Source of the DNA: a virus | Lineage: Duplodnaviria > Caudoviricetes | Reading direction: 5' to 3' (one strand) | DNA: 56,086 bases | Virus record (IMG/VR): IMGVR_UViG_3300010396_000051 | Coordinates: 1 to 56,086 of that record | In this document: in pieces, positions 27,848-36,082 of the stretch | Layout of the letters: the number at the start of each line of letters is the position of its first letter | How positions within the stretch are numbered: the stretch's first letter is position 1 | Position numbers and translations under genes: made by a program | Notes under the pieces: generated by a model | What the model was told of the DNA's origin: nothing | The model's database searches: none | What the model saw: the letters and a program-made list of their open reading frames with translations, nothing else

Positions 27848-28542
27848 TAGTCCCTCATAATTTCGACAGTCTCGGACTGCATCTGATCGATATGCCCGCC
27901 AATGGTGACAGGTGGTGTTGCGGGGGATGGAAGTCTCTTCGGATCGGTCATCGCATGGAATTCATGGAGTCGATCTTCAGCGTCACGCCACGCAGGAGTG
28001 CTGCTTTCCGGCTTCTCTTCCTTGTCCGCAAAGACGTTCTGGATGGCGACCTGTGCGCCCTTGGGGATGGGGAGAATCTTTCCTGCCTTCAGCATCCACT
28101 CGCGGTCGATGAATCCCTTCGCTTTCTTTGCTTCTTTGAGGGACCGTTCCACGATGCCGGGAAGGTGTGAGGACATCAGGAGATTGGTCTTCAGTTGTCC
28201 GTGAAGGAAGAGGGCGGTTTGCGCCAATTCGGCAAGGCGTAGGCTGCCGATTCCCGATACAAACGCCAGCGTTTCAAGAGGGAGGTTTCGACGGTCCCCC
28301 AATCCGGTAGAGTCGTAGACTCCAAGAAATTCTCTGGCGTCATCGTCGTCGTGGGCTCTGAGGGCTTCGATGACACGCTCAATTCCACCATCCACCGCCC
28401 GAAGCATAGGCGTAATGATCGGCTCCGATTGCGGATCCCACTCTTCGCTTTCATGCCCCTTCTCCCATCGCATACGAAGCCGCGCAATAGCTTCGGCCTT
28501 GCGGTCGCGCTTCTGCTTCGGCTTGAATTTCTTAGGCGGCAT
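27847..28542 (-). CDS. Hypothetical protein, terminase small subunit candidate
   Basis: Immediately upstream of TerL, helical; assignment positional only. Confidence 0.45.
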   Translation of the reverse strand: MPPKKFKPKQKRDRKAEAIARLRMRWEKGHESEEWDPQSEPIITPMLRAVDGGIERVIEALRAHDDDDAREFLGVYDSTGLGDRRNLPLETLAFVSGIGSLRLAELAQTALFLHGQLKTNLLMSSHLPGIVERSLKEAKKAKGFIDREWMLKAGKILPIPKGAQVAIQNVFADKEEKPESSTPAWRDAEDRLHEFHAMTDPKRLPSPATPPVTIGGHIDQMQSETVEIMRD

Positions 28543-28774
28543 CGTAAGTGGCTGCGAAGATGTCAGGCTTGCAGGGATAAAACTCTCCCTTGACACCCTT
28601 GATAATCCAGTCGCCGGGAAGCGCCTTGTGGTTTCCCTCTAGCGTCGGAATGATGAGGGAGGGACCACGATCTTCCGGGTCTACGGCGATGGGACAGAAC
28701 GCCATCACTTCAGCATCATTGCGTCCTGTGAATTGAACAGCCTCGATAACGACTGGCTTCTTTCGGAATTTCAC
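28532..28774 (-). CDS. Conserved small phage protein (KKPVVIEAVQ...PGDWIIKG family)
   Basis: MKFRKKPVVIEAVQF...TLEG...PGDWIIKGVKGEFYPCKPDIF. Confidence 0.85.
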   Translation of the reverse strand: MKFRKKPVVIEAVQFTGRNDAEVMAFCPIAVDPEDRGPSLIIPTLEGNHKALPGDWIIKGVKGEFYPCKPDIFAATYDAA

Positions 28775-29244
28775 GCGGTAACCTCTTCCTTCCCTACAGG
28801 GATCGCTGTCGGGACCATCGTCACCTCCGGCTCACCGCCGTGGACGTGACCGCCCTTGACTTTGTTCTTCGGCACCCTGCCGGAACGCTTAACCCACTTC
28901 TCGACGTTGTTTCCCTGTTCGTCCTGCGTGAGCACGGGAGTGGGCATGTCGCTCTCTTCGCGCACCTGGTTGGGAGGACGTACCGGAATCTCCACCGTTT
29001 CCTCCACGGTCGCCGTCTGGCTCACCACGGAGCCCTCAGGAGCGGTGTCGAGTTCGACGGTCTGCTCGATCGCCGGAATGAAGCTGGCAGCCGGGTAGTA
29101 TTCAAGAGTGACTCTGGCCCTGTAGCCGGGGTAGGCCATGTGAGGCTGGAACCTGCCGTTCATGCGCCACTTTTTGCGGAGTTCGAACAGGATCGACTCC
29201 AGAGCTTCCGGGCCGGACAGTTGCTTGGGAAGGGATACTTCCAT
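28771..29244 (-). CDS. Hypothetical protein
   Basis: GAGGAG RBS before MEVSLPKQ. Confidence 0.7.
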   Translation of the reverse strand: MEVSLPKQLSGPEALESILFELRKKWRMNGRFQPHMAYPGYRARVTLEYYPAASFIPAIEQTVELDTAPEGSVVSQTATVEETVEIPVRPPNQVREESDMPTPVLTQDEQGNNVEKWVKRSGRVPKNKVKGGHVHGGEPEVTMVPTAIPVGKEEVTA

Positions 29245-29470
29245 TGGGATTCTCCTCAAAGACTTTTTCGACGTTGTTCCAGTACTGGATCTTCATTGCG
29301 TAGAGGTTCAGGAGCTTTTGGAGGGTGTTGGTCTGCGCCTTGCGAGTGCCTCGCTCCAGATAGCAGAGCGTGGCTTCTGAGATTCCGGTGAGCTTGAGGA
29401 CTTCGGCCTGAGTCAGCCTGGATCTCTTCCTCAACGACCGAAGGCGCTCTCCTGAGTAATCGTGAATCAT
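29102..29470 (-). CDS. XRE-family HTH regulator
   Basis: GERLRSLRKRSRLTQAEV..GISEATLCYLERG. Confidence 0.85.
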   Translation of the reverse strand: MIHDYSGERLRSLRKRSRLTQAEVLKLTGISEATLCYLERGTRKAQTNTLQKLLNLYAMKIQYWNNVEKVFEENPNGSIPSQATVRPGSSGVDPVRTPQKVAHERQVPASHGLPRLQGQSHS

Positions 29471-29494
29471 CTGCCCACAACTTTACCACAAGCT

Positions 29495-29513
29495 AATTGT
29501 CAAGTTGGCAGTA
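29495..29513. promoter_or_regulatory. Palindrome family A, copy 3
   Basis: AATTGTCAAGTTGGCAGTA, exact reverse complement of copy 1, 24 nt upstream of the XRE gene. Confidence 0.8.
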
Positions 29514-29604
29514 GACACCAGAAACACCAAACCCCCACCGGGCGGTGAGGGTCAGTGCGTGGGACTTTGTCAGGAGTGACCACGGGTGCCGGGCAACTGG
29601 CTAA

Positions 29605-29633
29605 TTGACACCTTACCTCATTTGATGCATTAT
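29605..29633 (+). promoter_or_regulatory. Sigma70-like promoter
   Basis: TTGACA-17 nt-CATTAT. Confidence 0.6.
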
Positions 29634-29639
29634 TGCAAT

Positions 29640-29930
29640 TGTCAGGTTGTGACTTTGGAAAAACTCTCGAACAATTCGACTTGTTTATCCCCGTCAAACC
29701 GGATACGTGTATCCGTGCAAGGGGAATAGTCACCCCAAGCTGATCCGGCAGCCCTGCGCGTGGTGCGCGTGGTCCTGGTCGATAGGGCACAGACTTCTGC
29801 GGGAGCCTGCGTAAGTGGACCTTTGCACCCGTTGATGGGACCCATACTGACGGACGGCGTACCCCTGATGCGAAAGGATTTGTGCCCTGCCTTTCGTGTC
29901 TCCCACCTAACCCCGGCGTAGTCTTTAGAA
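29640..29930 (+). ncRNA. Candidate structured leader/ncRNA
   Basis: Nested complementarities GTGACT/AGTCAC, TCCCC/GGGGA, CGGATA/TATCCG, AGGGCACAGA/TTTGTGCCCT. Confidence 0.4.
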
Positions 29931-29939
29931 GGGATCTCA

Positions 29940-30716
29940 ATGGAAACTAAGAGGGAAAATAGGATAGTCTGCCAATTCTCATGCGGTGCAGCATCGGCGG
30001 TGGCGACGAAGTTAACTCTGGCTCATTACGGCCATGAGAACGTCATCATCGTTAATGCTTTCCTGAAGGAAGAAGACTCCGACAATCGACGTTTCGCTGC
30101 TGACTGTGAGAAGTGGTTCGACCATCCCATCACAACCCTGCGTGACGAGAAGTACGGAGCATCGGCCCGTGAGGTATGGACGCGGGTTCGGTTCATTAAG
30201 GGGCCACACGGAGCTCCATGCTCTCTCAAGCTGAAGCGTGAACTGCTTGCGGAGATTGCGCAGGATGGCGACATTAACATTCTGGGATTCACTGCCGAGG
30301 AGTGGGACCGTCTCGAAGACTTTAGAGAGAACTTCCCATCAAAGAACGCGCAGTCTCCGCTAGTGGAAAAGGGGCTCACGAAAGCGGACTGCCTTTCGAT
30401 GGTCGAACGCGCAGGGATTGAACTTCCGCACATGTATCGACTTGGGTATCAGAATACCAACTGTATCGGCTGCCCTAAGGGTGGTCAGAACTACTGGATG
30501 AATATTCGTGAAGACTTCCCGCAGGATTTCGTGCAAATCAAGGCGATTCAGGAAGACATCGGAGAGGGAGCGTACTTCCTCCAGTTCCGCAGCGGTCCCC
30601 GTAAGGGTGAGCGCATGAGCCTTTCCGATCTTCCTCCTGGACGTGGGAACATGGCACTGGACCCGAACTTCTCATGCTCGTTTTACTGCGAACTGGCAGA
30701 GCGAGAATACCGATAG
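29940..30716 (+). CDS. PP-loop PAPS-reductase-like phage protein
   Basis: FSCGAASAVA PP-loop; GAPCS; MYRLGYQNTNCIGCPKGG. Confidence 0.8.
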   Translation: METKRENRIVCQFSCGAASAVATKLTLAHYGHENVIIVNAFLKEEDSDNRRFAADCEKWFDHPITTLRDEKYGASAREVWTRVRFIKGPHGAPCSLKLKRELLAEIAQDGDINILGFTAEEWDRLEDFRENFPSKNAQSPLVEKGLTKADCLSMVERAGIELPHMYRLGYQNTNCIGCPKGGQNYWMNIREDFPQDFVQIKAIQEDIGEGAYFLQFRSGPRKGERMSLSDLPPGRGNMALDPNFSCSFYCELAEREYR

Positions 30717-30721
30717 AATCG

Positions 30722-30735
30722 GTCCAAATTCGGAC
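30722..30735. promoter_or_regulatory. Palindrome family B, copy 3
   Basis: GTCCAAATTCGGAC 5 nt after a stop codon. Confidence 0.8.
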
Positions 30736-30773
30736 CAGTAGCTATCCTGCATCCAAGTCCTGAGAGGTGACAA

Positions 30774-30950
30774 ATGCCGCTTGGGATACTTTTTTGGGTG
30801 ATCTACGTGGTAGCCATCATCTTTGGCGTGTGGTCGAACTACGAACCTGCTCAACCGGCGTGGTTCCGGCGAGCGGGAGCTTACCTGGTTCTCTGGATCC
30901 TAGTGGGGATTATGGGATGGGAAGTGTTTGGACCTGTCGTGAGAAGGTGA
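30774..30950 (+). CDS. 58-aa two-TM membrane protein (not in ORF track)
   Basis: GAGGTG RBS; MPLGILFWVIYVVAIIFGVW...AYLVLWILVGIMGWEVFGPVVRR. Confidence 0.75.
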   Translation: MPLGILFWVIYVVAIIFGVWSNYEPAQPAWFRRAGAYLVLWILVGIMGWEVFGPVVRR

Positions 30951-30951
30951 A

Positions 30952-31175
30952 TTGCAGCGGGCAGGGCTTGATACCTGCTTGGCAAGTTGCGGCTATCCTC
31001 GGTCCCGCGGCAGGAAACTAAGAGAATTTCGGCAAAGACCGCTTGCCTGCTTCTCTCGCCCCATCTTTACCCACCTGGCTGTGTCCCTTTCGGGGCGCCT
31101 GTAGCTCCGTCGAGGTCCTACGCGATGAATCTGCCTTGACCGTCGTCAGCGTGTCCTTCCACGCCGCCGCTGCAA
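30952..31175 (-). ncRNA. tRNA-like RNA with ~170-nt insert
   Basis: Acceptor-like GCAGCGG/CCGCTGC, D-like GCGTG-GAAGGA-CACGC, T-like GCAGG-TATCAAGC-CCTGC. Confidence 0.55.
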
Positions 31176-31181
31176 ACTGGT

Positions 31182-31715
31182 TTACTTCTCTCCGATCGAC
31201 AGCGTGAACGTCACAGGGACCGTGGCCGCGATGCTCCCTGAACACGCCGACGGAATCGGGGAGATGGTGACTGCCAGGGACGCCGTGACGGTCTGCGGAG
31301 TCGAGGATGTGTTCGACGTTACAGAGGCCGATGCTGAGAGGTTGAAGGTGGTAGCGGTGTCCGAGGCCGGCACGGTGACCGTGAAGGTGTTGCCGGAGGT
31401 GTCAGAGGTGTCATGGGCGATTGTGACGTTGGTATCGTCAGCGGTGAGGGTTTGGGCGCTCAGTACCGGCGTCGAGTTGTCTGACGCGGTGGCTGAAAGA
31501 AAGAAGGTTCCCGATGAACCTGCGGTGATGGCTGGCATTGTTTTTACGCTCCAGAATTCTGATTTATTTCCATCGCCCCACTCCACAACAGTGCATTCCT
31601 TCTGTTGGATGCGAAGCGTAAATCTTGGTTCGAGTTTACGTCGAATCTGGCGCAACTCGTGCAAAATGTCACGCAAAATCTCGTCAGTGGTTCCCAGGAA
31701 TAGATCGTGACTCAT
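31182..31715 (-). CDS. Protein with Ser/Thr-rich Ig-like C-terminal domain
   Basis: GAGGA RBS; alternating beta pattern (TFTVTVPA, TVTASLAVTIS). Confidence 0.6.
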   Translation of the reverse strand: MSHDLFLGTTDEILRDILHELRQIRRKLEPRFTLRIQQKECTVVEWGDGNKSEFWSVKTMPAITAGSSGTFFLSATASDNSTPVLSAQTLTADDTNVTIAHDTSDTSGNTFTVTVPASDTATTFNLSASASVTSNTSSTPQTVTASLAVTISPIPSACSGSIAATVPVTFTLSIGEK

Positions 31716-32049
31716 TGTTTCCTCGCAGGCCGGGGTGCCTTTAGCTTCTCGGCTCCGGTAGACGTATAGCAATCTGCGTGAGAAGTTCAATGATTCCTGC
31801 CATCATCAACACCTCTCCGCCTTCTCGTGTTCCATCGTCCTTGAGCATCTGAGACAGCTTTTGATAGTAATCCCAGATTTCGTCGTTGGTCGATCCGACT
31901 ATATGCGGCCTACTCATCGTTCTCTCCCACTCACGTTATCCAGCACAATCGTGTACGCACAGTGAGCGCACTGGTACATCGACTCACCTTTGCCGATGTC
32001 GCCTACCTTCCACCACACTGTCCAAATCTGAGGAAACACAGGAACCGCT

Positions 32050-32265
32050 TCATCGCTTCACATCGCTCTCTGTTTCGATGAGCTTGTCGATGTAGTGTCG
32101 AGCCTTCTTCAGATCCTCAACGCCGCCCTTCTCTCTCCAGCGAGCGATGTACTTGATAGCGTTGCCTTCGAGAAATCCGATGCCGTTGGCAATGATGAAG
32201 TCCCACGGTTGGATCGGCTTGCTGCGGTAGTGGTCACCGCCAACCTGTTCATCGTTCGCGCTCAT
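32050..32265 (-). CDS. DUF3310 (SaV-like) protein
   Basis: QVGGDHY..IQPWDFI..FLEGNAIKYIAR..KGGVEDLKKARHYI. Confidence 0.9.
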   Translation of the reverse strand: MSANDEQVGGDHYRSKPIQPWDFIIANGIGFLEGNAIKYIARWREKGGVEDLKKARHYIDKLIETESDVKR

Positions 32266-32296
32266 CGTCCCTCCCGGTACTAGTCCAAATCAATCA

Positions 32297-32310
32297 GTCC
32301 AAATTCGGAC
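32297..32310. promoter_or_regulatory. Palindrome family B, copy 4
   Basis: GTCCAAATTCGGAC, with an extra half-site at 32283-32290. Confidence 0.8.
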
Positions 32311-32442
32311 CGGCTAGCATTTGCAAAACAGGTAGCAGCAAGCGAAGAACACGAGCCATCCGAAGTATCCTGTCGCTCTGCGAATCGTCGCGAGACGTTC
32401 TGCTCTGTACTCTTCCTCGGTCATTTTCAATTCACCTTCCGC

Positions 32443-32793
32443 TTACAGCCCTTCACTCTGACTTCCAGTTTCCGTGCCTGGTTCGGTTGGAGTGTCTGGG
32501 GAGCCTGCAATAAACGAATTCTCCCAACTCTCCTGAGTATTCCCGGTATCCGCAAGTGTCCTCGGGTCCACCCACCTCTGTACCGGAAGCGGAACCGCCT
32601 CCAGCATCTCCACGAACTTCCGTCTTCGCGGAGTGGTTATCACGTACCCCGGCTTTCCCGGCCAGTCCTGAACCAGACCGGAGTTCTCCAATGCCCTGTA
32701 TGCTCTCTCGTGCAATATCCGCCCTTGACCGTGTGCCACCATCAGGCACTCGATCGTCAACGGGCACGGCCAATACTCCTCCGGTAACGGCAT
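32443..32793 (-). CDS. Hypothetical protein
   Basis: GGTGGAG RBS before MPLPEEYW. Confidence 0.55.
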   Translation of the reverse strand: MPLPEEYWPCPLTIECLMVAHGQGRILHERAYRALENSGLVQDWPGKPGYVITTPRRRKFVEMLEAVPLPVQRWVDPRTLADTGNTQESWENSFIAGSPDTPTEPGTETGSQSEGL

Positions 32794-32893
32794 CGCTCCA
32801 CCTCCGACTCTTACAGGATGGGCACTCCTTCGGCCGCACATGCGCCTGCTTCTGACGCCACTCATACCCACATCGGCCACACTTGAGTTCCAT
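32453..32893 (-). CDS. Zn-ribbon protein
   Basis: CGRCGYEW...PKECPSCKSRRW. Confidence 0.65.
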   Translation of the reverse strand: MELKCGRCGYEWRQKQAHVRPKECPSCKSRRWSDAVTGGVLAVPVDDRVPDGGTRSRADIARESIQGIGELRSGSGLAGKAGVRDNHSAKTEVRGDAGGGSASGTEVGGPEDTCGYREYSGELGEFVYCRLPRHSNRTRHGNWKSE

Positions 32894-32921
32894 GGTGACT
32901 ATTATGATGATTATGATTATG

Positions 32922-32940
32922 AATTGTCAAGTTGGCAATT
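32922..32940. promoter_or_regulatory. Palindrome family A, copy 4 (full consensus), overlapping -35 of a leftward promoter
   Basis: AATTGTCAAGTTGGCAATT; minus strand TTGACA-18 nt-CATAAT (32930-32901). Confidence 0.85.
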
Positions 32941-33129
32941 GCGGTATTTTTGGGATGAGTGGTTTGGGACGTCAAAGCCGTCGCGCCGGCCTATGCCGGA
33001 CAAGTCCGGGCCATCACCTCAGCTCTGGACAGGACTACCGCTCTAGTTGTGTCATTAGATGTGTCAAGGTTTATGTATCGCCTTCAGAATGAGTAACGAT
33101 CCTAGGCTTGAATACCCTAGCGCATCGAA

Positions 33130-33354
33130 CTACTCGCCAATTGCCGGCCAATCCTGCGCGGATCGACTGCGCATTGACACCAGGATGGCCACGGGACGCG
33201 ATATAACCCGCGTTCCTGCGATCCATTGGCTCACAAGCGGCACAGATACCCCCAAGTCGGCCGCGATAGCTCCTAGCGGCTCCCCGTTGGCATGACGACC
33301 ACGAATATAGGCAAGGGGACCGACGGCAGAAACGTGCTCAACATCGTGACTCAC
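33130..33354 (-). CDS. Cro/CI-like HTH protein
   Basis: LGAIAADLGVSVPLVSQWIAGTR; GTG start inferred. Confidence 0.7.
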   Translation of the reverse strand: MSHDVEHVSAVGPLAYIRGRHANGEPLGAIAADLGVSVPLVSQWIAGTRVISRPVAILVSMRSRSAQDWPAIGE

Positions 33355-33378
33355 GTTTGCAGTGTAAACCCGCTGTCT

Positions 33379-33397
33379 AATTGCCAACATGACAATA
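33379..33397. promoter_or_regulatory. Palindrome family A, copy 5
   Basis: AATTGCCAACATGACAATA between divergent regulator genes. Confidence 0.75.
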
Positions 33398-33430
33398 GAC
33401 GTGAAGTAACAAAATAATTTGCGTACACTA

Positions 33431-33459
33431 TTGACACGAGTGTTATTCAGTGTCATTAT
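33431..33459 (+). promoter_or_regulatory. Sigma70-like promoter, probably leaderless transcript
   Basis: TTGACA-17 nt-CATTAT with TG extension, 7 nt before ATG 33467. Confidence 0.7.
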
Positions 33460-33466
33460 CACCTGC

Positions 33467-33601
33467 ATGAAACATCTACGTGTCAATAACGTTGATCCCA
33501 AGTTGCTTTCGGAGTTGAAGATTCAGGCTATTAAGTCTGGAACGACGCTCCGTGAGTATGTCATTTCAATCCTTCAGATCGCGGTGAAGAAGGTCGCATG
33601 A
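33467..33601 (+). CDS. Ribbon-helix-helix (Arc/CopG-like) regulator
   Basis: MKHLRVNNVDPKLLSELKIQAIKSGTTLREYVISIL. Confidence 0.75.
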   Translation: MKHLRVNNVDPKLLSELKIQAIKSGTTLREYVISILQIAVKKVA

Positions 33602-33843
33602 GGCCAGTGCAAGGCTCTCGCATTATTCCAAAGACTCTTCCAAAGGTGTGCTGCGTTTATGCGCTGTACTCCGAGGGAAAGATGATCGAGCTGTTCGACT
33701 GGGCAACCGAAACGACGCTCGCGAAGATGGGAACCGAGGAGCAGAAAGCCTCCATCCGGTCGCTGGTCGTTTCAGTTAAAGAAGATGTCCTACGTTGAAA
33801 AGCACTTCAAAGCGATGGTTGATCTTTCGATGAGGTTAGCGGC

Positions 33844-34161
33844 ATGGCCTACTCCAACCCAAGAATGAGCGCAGTGATTGAGAACTGGCCGAGCGAGAAA
33901 CACCGTGTTACGGCTCGGTTTGAGATTGAACAGGACGCCAAGCGCGGCGAGCGCGGAACCCGCGTTACTGACGGCGCAACCAAAAAACTGACCTACGCGA
34001 AGATGGCGCGGATTGTAGACGGTGACGACGGCCGCACATACATCGCAGAGCTGACCATCTACGGGACCATCTCCATCATGCAGGGAAATATGAAGTTTCA
34101 GCAGGAATCAATCCACGACCGTGATCCGCGTTATGCTGCCGCGCTCGAACTCTTCGCGTAA
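33844..34161 (+). CDS. Hypothetical early protein
   Basis: GAGG RBS, 105 aa. Confidence 0.7.
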   Translation: MAYSNPRMSAVIENWPSEKHRVTARFEIEQDAKRGERGTRVTDGATKKLTYAKMARIVDGDDGRTYIAELTIYGTISIMQGNMKFQQESIHDRDPRYAAALELFA

Positions 34162-34173
34162 CCCCGGCCTGAT

Positions 34174-34227
34174 GGCCGCAATGCAGCCGTGGACGGTGAC
34201 AAGCCCGTGTAAATGCAGAGTCAAGGC
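34174..34227 (+). ncRNA. Twister ribozyme, copy 1
   Basis: AA-UGCA-GC-N5-ACGG-U-GAC-AAGC-CCGU-GUAAA-UGCA-GA-GUC: P2, P4 and both pseudoknots present. Confidence 0.85.
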
Positions 34228-34263
34228 AGTGAATACCTTGTATTTGCAAGTGAGGAGAGACGA

Positions 34264-34522
34264 GATGAAAATGACGCGAGCACAAGAAGCATATCTTTCG
34301 GTGGCAAAGTCTTCTGATGTTCCTAAGCTGATGGAAGAATACGGTTTCGAGTTTGCAGGACCGTCATTCAAGGATGCGTGGATGTTCCGTGATGGCGACG
34401 GTAATGCGTGGCTCCTCACAGACTTTCGTGGCAAGGTTGCACCGTGCCGAATGATGCTTCCCTCGCTGTGGTGCCACGCTAATATTCTTGCACTGCTTAA
34501 GCCTCAAGGGGGTGCGCAATGA
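34264..34522 (+). CDS. Hypothetical early protein
   Basis: GAGGAG RBS downstream of twister 1; start approximate. Confidence 0.6.
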
Positions 34523-34614
34523 AGTTCTGGCGGGAGTGGTGGTTTTCAATAATCATCCTTGGGCTGATGTTTTTGAGTGCTGCCATTGTGGTTATTCGTC
34601 AAGGGGGACGCTAA

Positions 34615-34824
34615 ATGGGGCGCGTTACATGGTCACGATCTAAAGCAGAAGCGAGACGGAGAATCCTACTCAAGGGTTGTCTGACCTGTGGAAGCGTCAT
34701 CTGCAAGTGTAAGGACGATCCCGAGGTTGGGTATATTCACGATCGTTTCTGTGTTGATTGCGGATTGCCACTAAAGGTTGGGGAGATTTGCCCTAATTGT
34801 GCTCGGCATGGAATTGTTCGATGA
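34615..34824 (+). CDS. Small Cys-rich Zn-finger protein
   Basis: Multiple CxxC. Confidence 0.55.
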   Translation: MGRVTWSRSKAEARRRILLKGCLTCGSVICKCKDDPEVGYIHDRFCVDCGLPLKVGEICPNCARHGIVR

Positions 34825-34851
34825 ACTGCCCCCACTGCGGTAAGCCCTCGG

Positions 34852-34906
34852 GGCCTTAATGCAGCCGATAGACGGTGACCAGCCCGTGAAAATGCAGAGT
34901 CAGCCG
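34852..34906 (+). ncRNA. Twister ribozyme, copy 2
   Basis: UAA-UGCA-GC-N6-ACGG-U-GAC-CAGC-CCGU-GAAAA-UGCA-GA-GUC. Confidence 0.85.
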
Positions 34907-34920
34907 AAAGGAAACACCGC

Positions 34921-35154
34921 ATGAGCTACATCATTGATAAATACGCCGACCTTCCCCTGATTCAACACGCATCAGCTAAGGACGGCGAGACACTCTGGAT
35001 TTACGCGATGGGCAAACGGTTTCAGGTTCGCGCCATCACTACCACGGTTAACTCAGCCAATGAGTTCATGGATAAGCATGAGGAAACGGCGCTCATTGCC
35101 TGCTTTGGACCGTTCAACATCATCGCAAACAAATACGAAGGCGTTAGAGATTGA
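34921..35154 (+). CDS. Hypothetical early protein
   Basis: AAGGA RBS directly after twister 2. Confidence 0.7.
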   Translation: MSYIIDKYADLPLIQHASAKDGETLWIYAMGKRFQVRAITTTVNSANEFMDKHEETALIACFGPFNIIANKYEGVRD

Positions 35155-35474
35155 AAGGAACGACCATGTACATGCCAGATCCCGCCGTACTCCGAAGACT
35201 CAGCAAAGAAAGACTCCTCCGGGCTGAAGAGATTCGCAAATCAGCCTGGCTCAACGATGACACCCTGTTACGCGCACAGGCCGCACAGTACCGCGTTGCA
35301 GCCAACGAGACGGTGTACGAGACCACCAACCGCGTCTGCGACCGTCACGAGATGCCCACGAAGGATTACCCCTTTAGCGGCATTCTCAAGCCTTCCAAGG
35401 TAGAACTGAATTACACCGCGGCCGCTCTCCTGATTGCATCGACTCTTTACCTGGCTGTGGAGGTGTTGAAATGA
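35151..35474 (+). CDS. Hypothetical protein with C-terminal hydrophobic segment
   Basis: ORF in operon; start may be 35166. Confidence 0.55.
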   Translation: MKGTTMYMPDPAVLRRLSKERLLRAEEIRKSAWLNDDTLLRAQAAQYRVAANETVYETTNRVCDRHEMPTKDYPFSGILKPSKVELNYTAAALLIASTLYLAVEVLK

Positions 35475-35656
35475 ACGCCGTCAAGGATGACGAACTCGCC
35501 AACTTCTTCGCCTCTGCCGATGAGGAAGCGGAAGCCTACACCCGACTCGTCCAGTTCAATGCCTACCAGACCGGACTGGTTCGAGGATTCTTTAAGGGAT
35601 TCGGGATCGCCGCTCTCATTGCTGTCGCGGTATGGCTCTGCTGGCGGTTCCTGTGA
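35471..35656 (+). CDS. Small C-terminal TM protein
   Basis: GGAGGT RBS; FGIAALIAVAVWLCW. Confidence 0.6.
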   Translation: MNAVKDDELANFFASADEEAEAYTRLVQFNAYQTGLVRGFFKGFGIAALIAVAVWLCWRFL

Positions 35657-35806
35657 ACTGGATACGCTGTCTGCTGTCGCATCCCTTCCGCTCTCTCACG
35701 TCTGCCCGCGAACTCATGCAGGCTCACCGGGCGATGTATGGAACCAAAAGCGTAGTTGAAAACTGCCCCTGCTGTGGGCACTGGCATATCAAGCAAAGGA
35801 ACTAAA

Positions 35807-36082
35807 ATGAACAATTTTGAATGGGGTTCACGCTGCGCCGAATGCGGCAGAATCATGAAAGGTGGGCGGTCTTACCAATGCCCTAAAGGTGGACAGTGTA
35901 GCTGGCATGTTCCCGCCGCTGCCCGTGAAACGATGAGCGAACTCGTGGATGCTTTAACGTCTTTCACGACGTTGGTGTGTAACATGCGCGACCTCTACAA
36001 CGTTCCCGCCGCCAAATGGTTCGCCGAATCAGAGACGTGGAAGAAGTCCACCAAAGCACTCCAGAAAGCAGGGATTGAATGA
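35807..36082 (+). CDS. Hypothetical Zn-binding protein
   Basis: AAGGA RBS; CAECG...CP...C. Confidence 0.55.
   Translation: MNNFEWGSRCAECGRIMKGGRSYQCPKGGQCSWHVPAAARETMSELVDALTSFTTLVCNMRDLYNVPAAKWFAESETWKKSTKALQKAGIE

Noticed and set aside
7436-29391. Numerous plus-strand ORFs opposite the structural genes
   Set aside because: Antisense shadows of GC-rich coding sequence without motifs or RBS
29860-29880. Hammerhead ribozyme (CTGATG...CGAAA)
   Set aside because: No stem II between the motifs and the core CUGAUGA is incomplete
29940-30716. Sulfur-assimilation auxiliary metabolic gene or Dnd phosphorothioation system
   Set aside because: Stand-alone PP-loop protein of a type common in phages; no cys or dnd partner genes
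30952-31175. tmRNA or functional tRNA
   Set aside because: Has a D-like stem, lacks G3-U70, canonical T-loop and identifiable anticodon arm
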